64,000 nt of DNA from the human T2T-CHM13v2.0 reference genome, Homo sapiens. Under the pieces are notes generated by a model, which was not told the DNA's origin, did no database searches, and worked only from the letters and a program-made list of their open reading frames with translations. The position numbers were made by a program, and so were the translations under genes. The stretch lies in the NCBI RefSeq assembly GCF_009914755.1, contig NC_060926.1. One strand, written 5' to 3'. Shown piece after piece: positions 14,861 to 29,600 of this stretch (its first letter is position 1; every line of letters begins with the position of its first letter).

Positions 14861-16603
14861 TGGAATCATCATCGAATGGAATCAAATGGAGTCATCAAAT
14901 GGACTCGAATGGAATCATCATCAAATGGGATCATCATCAAATGGAATCGAATGGAGTCATCGAATGGACACGAATGAATGAACAAATGGACTCGAATGGA
15001 AACATCAAATAGAATCGAATGGAATCATCAAAAGGAATTGAATGGAATTATTGAATGGACTCGAAAGAAATCATCTAATGGACACGAATGGAATAATCAT
15101 AAAATGGAATCGAATGGAATCATCAAATGGACTCGAAAGAATGGAATCATTCAATGGAGTCGAATGGAATCATCGAATGGACTCAAATGGAATCATCCTC
15201 AAATTGAATCGAATGGAATCATCGAATGGACTCGAATGGAATCATCAAATGGAATCAAACCGAATCGTCATCGAATGGAATCGAATGGAATCATCGAATG
15301 GAAATGAAGGCAATCATCATCGAATGGAATCGAATGGAATCATCATCAAATGGAATCAAGCGGAAGGAATCATCAAATGGAATCAAATGGAATCATTGTT
15401 GAATGGAATGGAATGGAATCATTGAATGGAATTGAATGGGATCACCAATGAACGGAATCAAATGGAATCATCTTCTAATGGAATCAAAAGGAATCATCAA
15501 ATACACTCGAATGGAATCATCATCGAATGGAATCGTTGAATGGACTCGAATTGAATCATCATTGAATGGAGTCAAATGGAATCATCATCAAATGGAATTG
15601 AATGGAATCTTCATTGAATGGACTCGAATGGAATCATCATCAAATGGAATCTAATCGAATCATCAATGAAGGGAGTCGAATGGAATCATCATCGAATGGA
15701 ATCGAATGGAATCATCAACAAGTGGAAACGAATGAAATCATCGAATGGAATCCAATGGTGTCATCGAATGGACACGAAAGGAATCATCGAATGGAATCAA
15801 ATGGAATCACCACCGAATGGAATCCAATGGTGTCATCGAATGGACACGAAAGGAATCATCGAATGGAATCAAATGGAATCACCATCGAATGGAATCAAAT
15901 GGAATCACCATCGAATGGAATGTTATGAAATCATCTCATGGACTCGAAGGGAATCATCATCGAATGGAATCAAATGTAATCATTGAATGAAATGGAAAGG
16001 AATCACCATCGAATGGAATGTTATGGAATCTTCTAATGGACTCGAAGGGAATCATCATCGAATGGAACCGAATGGAATCATTGAATGCAACTGAAAGGAA
16101 TCATCGAATGGAATCTGAATGGAATCATCAATGAATGGAATCAAATGGAATCATCTAATGGACGCGAATGGAATCATCATTGAAAGCAATGAAATGTAAT
16201 TCAATCGAATGGACATGAATGGAATCATCATTGAATGGAATCAAATGGAATCCTCATCGAATGGAATCGAATGGAATCATCAAATGGAATAGAATGGAGT
16301 CATCGTCGAATGTAATCGAATGTAATCATCGAATGGCATCGAATGGAATCATCGACTGGAAAAGAATGGAATCATCATCGAATGGAAATGAATAGAATCA
16401 CAGAATGAAACCGAATGGAATCATCATTGAATGGAGTCTAATGGAATAATCATCGAATGGAATAGAATGGAATCTTTGAGTGGACACGAATGTAATCATC
16501 ATTGAATGGAATCAAATAGATTCATCAAATGGAATTGAATGGAAACAATATCGAATGGAATCGAATTTAGTCATTGAATTGCATTGAGTGGAATCATCAT
16601 TGA
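12482..16603 (+). repeat. HOR deletion variant, 4122-bp period (lacks A, B and most of C)
   Basis: Module-D ORF starts at 12482 and 16604. At ~15522-15536 the end of G joins late C through shared ATCGAATGGAATCGT. Confidence 0.78.
15742..15890 (+). repeat. 72-bp local tandem duplication
   Basis: CCAATGGTGTCATCGAATGGACACGAAAGG occurs at 15752 and 15824, but only once in the other module-C copies. Confidence 0.9.
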
Positions 16604-17615
16604 ATGGAATCTAAGGAAATCATCGAATGGACTCGAGTGGAATCATCGAATGGACTCGAGTGGAATCATCATCGAATGGAATCGACTGTAATCATCGATT
16701 GGACTCGAAAGGAATCATCATTGAATGGAATCGAATGGAATCAACGAATGGACTCCAATAGAATCATCATCGAATGGAATCGAATGGAATCAAAGAATGG
16801 ACTCTAATGGAGTCATCATCAAATGGAATCTAATGGAATCATCTAATGGACCTGAAAGGAATCATCATTGAATGGAATCGAATGGAATCATCGAATGGAC
16901 TCGAATGGAATCATCATCGAATGGAATCTAATGGAATCATTGAATGGACTCGAATGGAATAATCGAATGGGCTTGAGTGGAATCATCATCAAATGGAATG
17001 GAATGGAATCATCAAATGGACTCGAATGGAATCATCGTCAAATGGAATCGAATGGAATACTCATCGAATGGAATCGAACGGAATCATCATCGAATGGAAT
17101 CACCAAATTGAATCAAATGGAATGATCATCAAAGACAATCGAAGGGAAACATGGAATGGGATTGATTGGAGTCATCGAATGGAATCGATAGGAATCATCG
17201 AATGGATTCAAATGGAATCATCATCGAATGGAAACGAACGGAATCATCGAATGGACACGAATGGAATCATCATCAAATAGGATTGAATGGAATCATCAAA
17301 TGGCATCGAATGGAATCACCATTGAATTGAATCGAATGGAATCATCGAATGGCATCGAATGGAATCATCATTGAATAAAATCAAATGGAATAATCGAATG
17401 TACTCGAATGGAATCATCAAATGGATTTGAGAGGAATCATCATCGAATGGAATTGAACAGAATCATCAAATGGACTCGAATGGAATCCTCATTGAATGGA
17501 CTCGAATGGAATCATTGAATGAAGTCGAATGGAATCATCAGCAGATGGAATCGAATGGAATCATTGAATATCAACGAATGGAATCATCATCGAATGGAGT
17601 CGAATGGAATCATCG

Positions 17616-20600
17616 AATCGATTCGAATGGAATCATCATCGAATATAATTGAAAACAATCATCAAATGGATTTTAATGGAATCATTGAATGGACTCAAAT
17701 GGAATCATCATCGAATGAAATCAAATGCAGTCATCAAATGGACTCAAAAGGAATCGTCATCAAATGGAATCAAATGGAATCATCGAGTGGAATCGAATGG
17801 AATAACCATCGAATGGAATCGAATGTATTCATCGAATAGACTCGAATGGAATTAACGTATGAACTCGAGTGGAGTCATTGAATAGACTCTAATGTAATCA
17901 TCATTAAATGGAATTGAATGGAATCATCATCGAATGAAATCAAATGTAATCATCGAATTGACACGAATGGAATCGTCATTGAATGGAATGGAATGGAATC
18001 CCCATCGAATGGAATAGAATGAAATCAACAAATGGAATAGAATGGAGTTATCATCGAACGGAATCGAATGTAATCTTTGACTTGCATTGAATGGAATCAT
18101 TGATTGAAATAGAAGGGAATCATCATCGGATGGAAACAAATAGAATCATCGACTGAAATTGAATGGAATCATTATCAAATGGAGTCGAATGGAATCAACG
18201 TCGAATGGAATCTAATAGAATCATCAATGAATGGGATCAAATGGAATCATCAATGAAAGGAATTGAATGGAATCATCGAAAGGTCTCGAATGGTATCATC
18301 ATCAAATGGAATCGAATGGAATCATCGAATGAAATCGAATGGAATCATCATCGAATGGAACCAAACAGAATTGTCATCGAATATCATTGAATGGAATCAT
18401 CATCCAAAGGAATTGAATGGAATATTCTTCACATGGAATCAAAAGGAATCATCATCGAATAGAATCGAATAGGATCGTCGAATGAAACCGAATGGAATCA
18501 TCATCAAAAGAATAGAAGTAAAACAAATAATGGAATACAAAGAAATCATCGAGTGGAATCGAATGGAATCATCATCAAAAAGAATCGAAGTAAAACAAAG
18601 AATGGTATACAATGGAATCATCGAATGAAATCTAATGGAATCATCATTGAATGGACTCGAATGGAATCATCATCTAATGGAATCGAATGTAATCATTTAA
18701 TGGACTCGAATGGAATCATTGATTGGACTCGAATGTAATCATTGAATGGAATCGTATTTAATCATCATCCAATGAAATCAAGTAGAATCAGCGAATGGAC
18801 TCGAATGGAATCATCGTCGAATGGAGTCGAATGAAATCATGGAATACACTCAAATTTAATCATCGAATGGACTCAAATGGAATCAATGTTGAGTGGTATC
18901 GAAAGGAAACATTGAATGGACTTGAACGGAATCATCGTATAGACTCGAATGTAATCATCATCAAATGGAATCGAACGGAATCATTGAATGGACTCCAATG
19001 GAATCATTATCGAATGGAACCGAATAGAATCGGCCTCGAATAGAATCGAAGGGAATCATCATCAAATGGAATCAAAAGGAATTTTCATCAAATGGAATCG
19101 AATGGAATCACAATCGAATAGAATCAAATGGGATCACTGAATAAAATTGAATGGGATCATCATCAAAAAGAATCGAAATAAAACAAAGAATGAAATACAA
19201 AGGAATCACTGAATGGAATAGAATGGAATCATTGAATGGACTCGAATGGAGTCATCATCAAATGGAATCGAATGGAATCATTTAATGGACTCGAAAGGAA
19301 TCATCGAATGGACTCGAATGGAATCATTGAATGGAATGGAATGGAATCATCATAGAATGAAATCAAATGGAATAATCGAATGGACTCGAATGCATTCATC
19401 ATCGAATGGAATCGAATGAAATCATGGAGGGCACTCAAATTTAATCATCAAATGGACTCAAATGGAATCAACGTCTAGTGGAATCGAAAGGAAACATGGA
19501 ATGGACTAGAATGAAATCATCTAATGGACTAGAATGGAATCATCAATGAATGGAATCGAATGGAATCATCGAATGGACACGAATGGAATCATCATCGAAT
19601 GGAATCAAGGGAAATCATCAAATGGAATCAAATGGAATAATCATTGAATGGAATCAAATGGAATCATCAATGAATGTAATCGAATGGAGTTATCGATTGG
19701 AGTCTGTTGGAATCGTCATCGAATGGAACCGAATGCAGTCATCATCGAATGGAATGGGATGGAATTATCGAATGGACTAGAATGGAGTCATCATTGAATG
19801 GAATCGAATGGAATCATCAAATAGACTCAAAAGCAATCAACGAATGGACTCAAATGGAGTCATCATCGAATGGAATAGAAAGGAATCATCGAATGGAATC
19901 AAAAGGAATTATCAGCGAGTAGAATTGAATAGAATCATGGAACGGACTCGAATGGAATCATCATCAAATGGAATCAAATGGAATCATCGAATGGCCTTGA
20001 ATGGAATCATCATCGATTGGAATTGAATGAAATCATTGAATGGAATGGAAAGGAATGATCATCGAATGATATCCAATGGAATCCTCGAATGGAATCAAAT
20101 GGAATCATCTAATGGAATTGAACAGAATCATCATCGAATGGAATTGAATGGAATCATCAAATGGAATCGAAGGCAGTCATTATTGAATGGAATCAAAGGG
20201 AATCATCAAATGGAATTGAAGGGAATCATTATCAAGTGGAATCCAGTGGAATCATCGAATGGAATCAAATGGAATCAATGTCGAATGGCATGGAATGGAA
20301 TCAATGAATGGAATTGAATGGAATCACCAATGAATTGAATGGAATGGAATCATCATTGAATGGAATCAAATGGAATCATCGAATGCACTCGAATGGAATC
20401 ATTATGTAATGGAATCATGTGAAATCATCTAATGGGTATGAATAGAATCATCATCGAATGGAATCGAATGGAATCATCTAATGTACTCGAATGGAATCGT
20501 CATTAAATGGAATATAATGGAATCATTGAATGGAATCGAATGGAATCAACATCGTATGGAATAGAGTGGAATCATCGAATGGACTTGAATGAAATCATCG

Positions 20601-23600
20601 GAGAATGGAGGCAAACGGAATCATCAAATGGACTCGAATGGAATCATCAACGAATGGAATCGAATGGAATCATCGAATGGACTTGAATGGAATAATCATC
20701 AAATATCAAAAGCAATCATCAAATGGATTCGAATAGAATCATCGAATGGATTCGAGTGGAATCATCATAGAATGGAATCAAATGGAATCATCGAAAGGAC
20801 TCGAATGAAATCATCATCGAGTGGAATCCAATAGAATCATCGAATGGACTCCAAAGAAATCATCATCGAATGTAATCGAATGGAATCATTGAATGGAATT
20901 GAATGGAATCATCATTGAATGGAATCGAGTGGAATCACTGAATGGACTCGAATGGAAAAATCATCAAATTGAATCGAATGGGATCATCTAATGCACTCAA
21001 AAGGAATCATCATCGAATGAATTCGAATGGAATCACCGAATGGACATGAATGGAATCATCATCGAATAGAATCGAATGGAATCACCGAATAGACTCGAAT
21101 GGAATATCATCAAATGAAGTTGAAAGCAATCATGGAATGGACTCAAATGGAACTATCAAATGGAATCATCGAATGGACTCGAAAGGAATCATCATTGAAT
21201 GGACTGATAAGGAATTATTGAATGGACTCGAATGGAATCATGGGTTGGACTCAAATGGAATTATCGAATGGGCTTGAATTTAATCATCGAATGGACTCGA
21301 ATGGAATCATTATTGAATTGAATCAAATGGAATAATCGAATGGAATCGAATGAAATCATCGAATGGAATCGATTGGAATCACCATCGAATGGAACCGAAT
21401 GGAATCATGGAATGGAATCCAATGCACTCATCATCGAATGGACTCTAATGGAAACATCATCGAATGGCATCGAATGGAATCATCATCGAATGGAATCTAA
21501 TGGAATAATGGTATGGACTCGAATGGAATCATCGAATGGAGTCAAATGAAATCATCATCAAATATAATCTAATGGAATCACCAAATAGTATTGAATGGAA
21601 TCATCGTCGAATGCAGTCAAATGGAATCATCGAATGGACTGTAATGGAATCATCATGCAATGTAATCGAATGGAAACTTCGAATGGGCACGAATGGAATC
21701 ATCATCAAATGCAATCAAATGGAATCACCATCGAAAGGAATTGAATGAAATCATCATTGAATGGAATCGAATAGAATAATCCAATGGAATAGAATTGATT
21801 CATCATCGAATGAAATCAAAGAGAATCATTGAATGAAATCGAATTGAATCATCATTGAGTGGGATCGAATGGAATAATGAACGAATGGAATCGAATGGAA
21901 TCATAGAATGGAATCCAAATTAATCATCATCAAATTGAATCCAATGGAATCATTAAATGGACTCGAATGGAGTCATCGAATGGACTCTAATGCCATCATC
22001 ATCAAATGGAATAGAATGGAATCATCGAATGCAATCGAATTGAATCATCATAAAATTTAATCAAATGGATTTATCGAATGGACATGAATGGAATCATCAT
22101 TGAATGAAATCGAATGGAATCATTAAATAGGATAAAATGGAATAATCATCGAATGGACTCGAATGGAATCAACATCAAATGGAATCAAACGCAATTAACA
22201 AATGGAATCGAAAAGAATCTTCGAATGGACTCGAATGGAATCTTCGAATACAATGGAATGTAATAATGGATGGACTCGAATTAAATCATCATCAAATGGA
22301 TTCGAATAGAATCATCGAATGGACTTGAATGGAATAATCATCAAATATCAAAAGCAATCATCAAATTGATTCGAATAGAATCATCAAATGGATTCGAATG
22401 GAATAATCATAGAATGGAATCAAATGAATCATCGAACAGACTTGAATGAAATCATCATCGAATGGAATCAAATGGAATCATCGAATGGATTCGAATGAAA
22501 TAATCATCGAATGGAATTCAATGGAATCATCATAGAATGGAATTAAATGGATTCATCGAATGGAATCGAATGGAATCATCATAGAATGGCATTGAATGTA
22601 TTCATCGAATGGAATCAGATGGGATCATCATCGAATGGAATTGAATACCATTATGGAATGAAATCAAATTGAATCATCATCGAATGGAATCGAATGGAAT
22701 CATCATTGATTGGAATTGAATGGAATCATAAACGAATAGAATAGAAAGGAATCATTGAACGGAATCTATTGGAATCATCATCAAATGGAACTGAACGGAA
22801 TCACTATCAAATGGAACCTAATGGAGTCATCATCGAATGGAATCGAATGGAATCATCAATGAATGGAATCCAATGGAATCATCATCAAATGGAATCGAAT
22901 GGAATCATCATTGAATGGAATCATCAACGAATGGAAACAAATGGAATCATCAAACGGAATTGAATGGAATGATCATTGAATGGAATCAAAGGGAATCATT
23001 GAATAGAATTCAAAGGTCTGATCGAATGGAATCGAATGAGATCATCAAATGGACACAAATGAAATCATAATCGAATGGAAAGGAACGGAATCATCTAATG
23101 GACTCTCATAGAAACATCATCAAATGAAATCGAATGGAATCATCAAATGGAATTGAGTGGAATCATCATTAAAAGGATTATAATGGAATCATTGAATGAA
23201 ATCAAAAGGAATCATCATCGAGTGGAATCTAATGGAATCATCATCGAACAGAATCAAATAGAATCATCCAATGGAATCAAATGGAATCATCATCAAATGG
23301 AATCGAATGGAATCATCAAATGGACTCAAATGGAAACATCGAATGGACTTGAATGCAATCATCATCAGATGGAATCGAATGGAAACATCGAATGGAATAG
23401 AAAGGAATCATCATTGGACAGAATTGAATGGAATCACTAAATGAACTCGAATGGAATCTTCGTGTGGATTCAAATGGAATGATCTTATGGGATCACGTGG
23501 AATCATTGAATGGTCTCGAATGGTATCATCATCGAATGGAATCAAATGGAATCATCGAATGAAATTGAATGGAGTCATCATCAAATGGGATCGAATGGAA

Positions 23601-26600
23601 TCATCGAATGAACTCGAATGGAATCATTTTCGAATGGAACTTAATGGAAACATCGAATGACTTGAAAGGAATCATAATTGAATAGAATCGAATGGAATCG
23701 TCGAATGCAATGGAACGGAATCATCACCCAATAAAATCGAATGTAATCATCGAATGGCAACGGATGGAATCATCATCGAATGGAATTGAATGGAATCATC
23801 GAATGGACTCTAATGGAATCATCATCGAATGGTATCGAATGGAATCATCGAATGGAATAGAAAGACATCCTCATTGAAGGCAATCGAATAGAATTATAGA
23901 ATGAAATCCAATTGAATCATCGTCGAATGGAATCGAATGGAATCATCACCAAATGGAATCCAATGGAATCGTCATCGAATGGAACACAATGGAATCATCA
24001 TCATATGGAACCTAATGGAGTCATCCTCATATGAAATCGAATGAAATCATCATTGAATGGAATTGAATGGAATCATAGTCGAATGGAATCCAATGGAATC
24101 ATCATTGAATGGAATCGACAGGAATCATCGAATGGAATCAAATGCAATAATCATTGAATGGAATCGAAGGGAATCGTCAACTTTGATCTAACGGAATCAT
24201 CGAATGGAACTGAATGGAATCATTGAATGGACTCGAATGGAATCACCATCGAATGGAATCGAATGGAATCATCTAATTGACTCAAATGGAATCACCATTG
24301 AATTGAATCGAATGGAATTATAAAATGGACTTGAAAGGAATTATCATGGAATGGAATCGAATAGAAACATCATCAAATGGAAACGAATAGAATCATCAAA
24401 TGAAATCGAATGGAATCATCATCGAATGGAATCCAATGGAATTAACATCGAATGGACTCGAATGGAATCATCATCGAATGGAATCAAAAAGAATCATCAT
24501 GAAATGGATTTGAATGGAATCATCGGTGAATAGAATGGAATAGAATTCTTGAATGAAATCTAATGGAATCGTCATTGAATGGAACTGAATGGAATCATCC
24601 TCAAATGGAAACTATAGGTGTCATCATCGAATGGATTCAAATGGAATGATCATCGAATGGCATTGAATGGAATCATCATCGAATGGAATCGAAAGGAATC
24701 ATCATCAAATGGAATCAAATGGAATCATCGAATGGACTTGAATGGAATCATCATCGAATTGAATCCAGAAGAATCACTGTTGAATGGACTCGAATGGAAT
24801 CATCGAACGGACTCGAATGCAATCGTCCTTAATGGAATCGAATGGAATCATCATCAAATGGAATCAAAATGAATCATCATCGAAAGGAAACCAATGGAAT
24901 CATCATCAAATGGATTCGAAAGGAAGCATCATCAAACGGAATCAAATGGAATCACCATCAAATAAAATCAAAAGGAATCATTGAATGGAATCGAATGGAA
25001 TCATTATCAAAAGGAATCACAGTGAAACAACAAATGTAATCAAACTGAATCATCAAATGGTATCGAATGGAATCATCATCGAATGGACTGGAATGGAATC
25101 AACATCGAATGGAATGGAATGGAATCATCGAATGAACTCGAATGTAATCATCATCGAATGGACTCAAATGGAATTATCATCTAATGGAATCAAATGGACT
25201 TATCGTATGACTTGAATGGAATCATCGAATGGAATTGAATGGAATCATCATCGAATGGACTGAAATGGAATGATCGAATGGACTCAAATGGAATGTTCAA
25301 ATGGACTCAAATGGAATTATCGATTGGACGCAAGTGGAATTATCAAATGGGCTCGAATGGAAATATCGAATGGACTCGAATGGAATCATTATCAAACGGA
25401 ATCAAATGTAGTCATCGAATGGAATCAAATGGAATCATCGAATGGAAACTAATGCTATCATCACATAATGGAATCAAATGGAATCATCTAGTGGATTCTA
25501 ATGGAATTATCGTCCAATGTAATAAATGGAATCATCGAAAGGAATCATAGAATGGAATTGAAAGAATCAGCATCGAACGAAATTGAATGGAATCATCATA
25601 GAATAGAATAGAATGGATTCATTGAATGGATTCATCATCAAATGGAGTCCAGTGGAATCATCAAATGGACTCGAATGGAATCATTGAATGGACTTGAATG
25701 GAATCATCAAATGGAGTCGAATGGAATCATCGAATGGACACGAATGTAATCATCATCGAATGGAATCGAATGGAATCATAGAATGGACTGGAATGGAATT
25801 ATCATGGAATGGAATCGAATGGAATCATTGAATGAACTCGAATGGAATCATCATTGAATGGAATCGAATGGAATCATCGAATGGATTCGAATGGAATCAT
25901 CATCGAATGGAATCATGTGGAATATTTGAATGAACTCCAAATGAATCATAATCAAATGGCATCAAAAGGAATCATCATCGAATGGAATCACATGGAATCA
26001 TCATAGAATGGAATCATATGGAATCATCATAGAATGGAATTGAATGGAATCATCAGATGGACTCGAATGGAATCATCAAATGGACTCAAAGGGAAGTGCC
26101 AAATTGACTCGAACCAAATCATCATCAAATGGAATCGAATGGAATAATTGAAAGGACGCGAATCAAATCAACAAATGGACTCGAACGGAATAATCATAGA
26201 ATGGAACCAAATAGAATCACCATTTGGACTTGAATGGAATCATCATTGAATGGAACCGATTGGAATCATCGAATTCACTGGAATGGAATCATCATCAAAT
26301 TGAATTGAATGGCAATAGTGAATGGTCTCGAATGGAATCACCATCAAATAAAATCCACTGGAATCATCAGACGGAATCGAATGGAATTATCAAATGGAAT
26401 TGAATGAATTCATCTTTGAAAGGAATGGAATGGAATCATCGTATGGAATTGAATGGAATCATCAAATGGAATCGAATTTAATCACCATTGAATGGACTCA
26501 AATGGAATCATCATCGAATAGAATCATAAGGAATCATCAAATTTACTCGAATAGAATCATCATTGAATAGAATCGAATGGAATCATAGAATGGAATTGAA

Positions 26601-29600
26601 TGGAATCATCCTCAAATGTAATTAAATTGAATCATCGAATGGAATTGAACGGAATCATCATCGAATGGAATTGAATAGAATCAGAGAATGAAATCGAATG
26701 GAATCACCATCGAATGGAATAGAATGGAATCCCAGAATGATATCGAATGTAATCATCATCGAATGTAATCTAACGGAATAATTAGCGAATAGAATTGAAA
26801 AAAATCATTGAATGTACTGGAATAGAAACATCGAACGGACTTGATTGGAATCTTCATGGTATGGAGTAGAATGGAATCATTGAATGGACCCAACTGGAAT
26901 CATTATCAAATGGAGTAGAATGGAATCATCTAATTTACAGGAATGGAATCATCAATGAATGGAATAGAATGGTAAGCATCATCCAATAGAATCGAATGGA
27001 ATAATCTAATGAACCCGAATGGAATCATCATTGAATGGAATAGAATGGAATCATCATCGAATGGAATCCAAAGGTATCATCAAATGTATCCGAATGGAAT
27101 CATCATATAATTCAATAGAATGGAATCATCTTCGAATGGAAATGAATGGAATCATCTAATGGACAGGAATATAATCATCATCGAATTGAATCATCTATTG
27201 TACCTGAATGGAATCATCATCGAATGCAATAGAATGGAATCATGGAATGGAATCAAATGGAATCATAATCGTATGGAATCGAGTGGAATCATCGAATGGA
27301 CTCGAATGTAATCATTGGAGAATGGAATCAAATGGAATCATTAAATGGACTCGAATGGAATCATCATCGAATAGAATTGAATGGAATCATCTAATAGACA
27401 CGAATAGAATCATCATCGAATGGAATCGAATGGAATCATCGAATGGACTAGAATGGAATCATCGTCGAATATAATTGAAAACAATCATCAAATGGATTCG
27501 AATGGAATCATCAAATAGACTCAAGTGGAATCATTACAGAATGAAATGAAATAGAATCATCGAATGGAATCGAATGGAATTATCGAATAGAATCGAATGG
27601 AATCATCATCGAATAGAATTGAACGCAATCATCGAATGGACTCGAATGGAATCATCATCAAATGGTATCCAATGGAATCATTGAATAGAATCGAATGTAT
27701 TCAACATCGAAAGAAATCGCATTGAATTATCAAGTGGACTCGAATGGAATCATCATCGAATGGAATAGAATGGAATCATCTAATCCACTCGAATGAAATC
27801 AACTTTGAATGAAATGGAATGGAATCATCAATAGGATTCGAATGGAATCATCATCGAATGAAATCGAATGGAATGATCATTGAATGGAATCGAATGGAGT
27901 GACCTAAAGGACTCGAATGGAATCATCATCAAATGGAATCGAATGGAAACATTGAATGGACAAGAATGGAAATATTATCGAATGGAATCAAAAGGAATTA
28001 TCATCAGATGGAATCGAATAGGATAATCATCGAATGGAATCAGAGAATGGAATAGAAGAGAATCATCTCCAAATGGAATCAAGAGAATCATCGAATGAAT
28101 TCAAATGGAATCATCATTGAATGGAATCGAATGGAATCATCATCAAATGGAATCGAATAGAATCATCATCAAACGGAAGGGAAAGGAATCGTTGAATGGA
28201 CTCAAATGGAATCATCATCGAATGGAATTTAATATAATCTTCGAATGGACACGAATGGAATCATCATCAAATGGAACTGAATAAAATCTTCGAATGCACT
28301 CGAATGGAATCATCATAGAATCCAATCGAATGGAATCATCATCGAATAGAATCAAAAGGAATCATCATCGAAAGGAATCGAATGGAATCCTGGAATGGAA
28401 TAGAATTGAATCATCATCAAATGGAATCGAATAAAATCATTGAATGAAATTGAATGGAATCATCAATGAATGGAATCGAATGGAATCATCGAATGGAATC
28501 CCATGTAATCATCATTGAATTGAACCCAATGGAATCATTGCATGGACTCGAAATGAATCATCGAATAGAATCAAATGGAATCATCATTGAATGGAATAGA
28601 ATGGAATCATCGAAAGGAAACGAATGGAATCATCATCGAATGAAATCAAATGGAATCATCATATGCACTCGAATGGAATCATCATCGAAAGGAATTGAAA
28701 GGAGTCGTCGAATGGTCTCAAATGGAATCTTCATCAAATGAAATCAAAAGGAATCATTGAATGGACTTCAAAGGAATCATTGAATGGACTCGAATGGAAT
28801 CTTCATTGAATGGAATCGAATGGAATCATCAAATGGACACTAATGGAATCACCATCCAATGGAATCGAAAGGAATCATTGAATGGAATCGAATAGAATCT
28901 TCATTGAATAGAATCGAATGGAAACATCATCGAATGGAATCTAATGATATTTTCATCGAATGGAATCTAATGGAGTCACCATCTAATGAAATCGAATAGA
29001 ATCAACAAGGAATGGAATCGAATGGAGAAATCGAATGGAATCCATTGGAATCATCATTGAATGGAACTAAGTGTAGTCATCAGGGAAAGGAATCGAATGG
29101 AATCAAAGAAGGGACTTGAATGGAACCATCATTGAATGGAATCGGATGGAATCATAGAATGGGCTCGAATGGAATCATCGAATGGGCTGTAATGGAATCA
29201 TCATCGAATGGAATCAAATGGAATCGAATGGAACCTTCGAATGGAATCTAATGGAATCATCATTGATTGGAATCGAATGGAATCATCAAATGGACTCGAA
29301 TGCAATCATTGAATGCACTCGAATGGAATCATCATCGAATGGAATCGAGTTGAATCCTCAAATGGAATCAAATGGAATCATCAATTGGTATCGAATGCAA
29401 TCATCATCAAATGGAATCGAATGGAATCATCGAATGGAATAGAACACAATCATCATTAAAAGGAATCGAATAGAATCACCATCGAATAGAATCAAATGGA
29501 ATCAGCGTCAAGTTTAATCGAGTGGAATCATCAAATGAAATCGAGTGGAATCATTGTTGAATGGAATGGAATGGAATCAATGAATAGAAATGAATGGAAT

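Larger units (their letters stand above)
1..17615 (+). repeat. Young homogeneous HSat2 HOR domain, left arm (strand = purine-rich GAATG strand on top)
   Basis: Rare landmarks recur nearly unchanged: ACGCGT at 186, 3635 and 9289; GAATGAATGAACAAATGG near 2894, 8548 and 14973; TTTAGTCATTGAATTGCATTGAG near 6790, 12444 and 16566. Similarity to the HOR stops near 17615. Confidence 0.88.

Noticed and set aside
17927-18621. Counter-strand ORFs (also 45910-46164) as possible micro-inversions or inserts
   Set aside because: The underlying DNA keeps the local satellite orientation; these are chance losses of TGA stops in diverged sequence.
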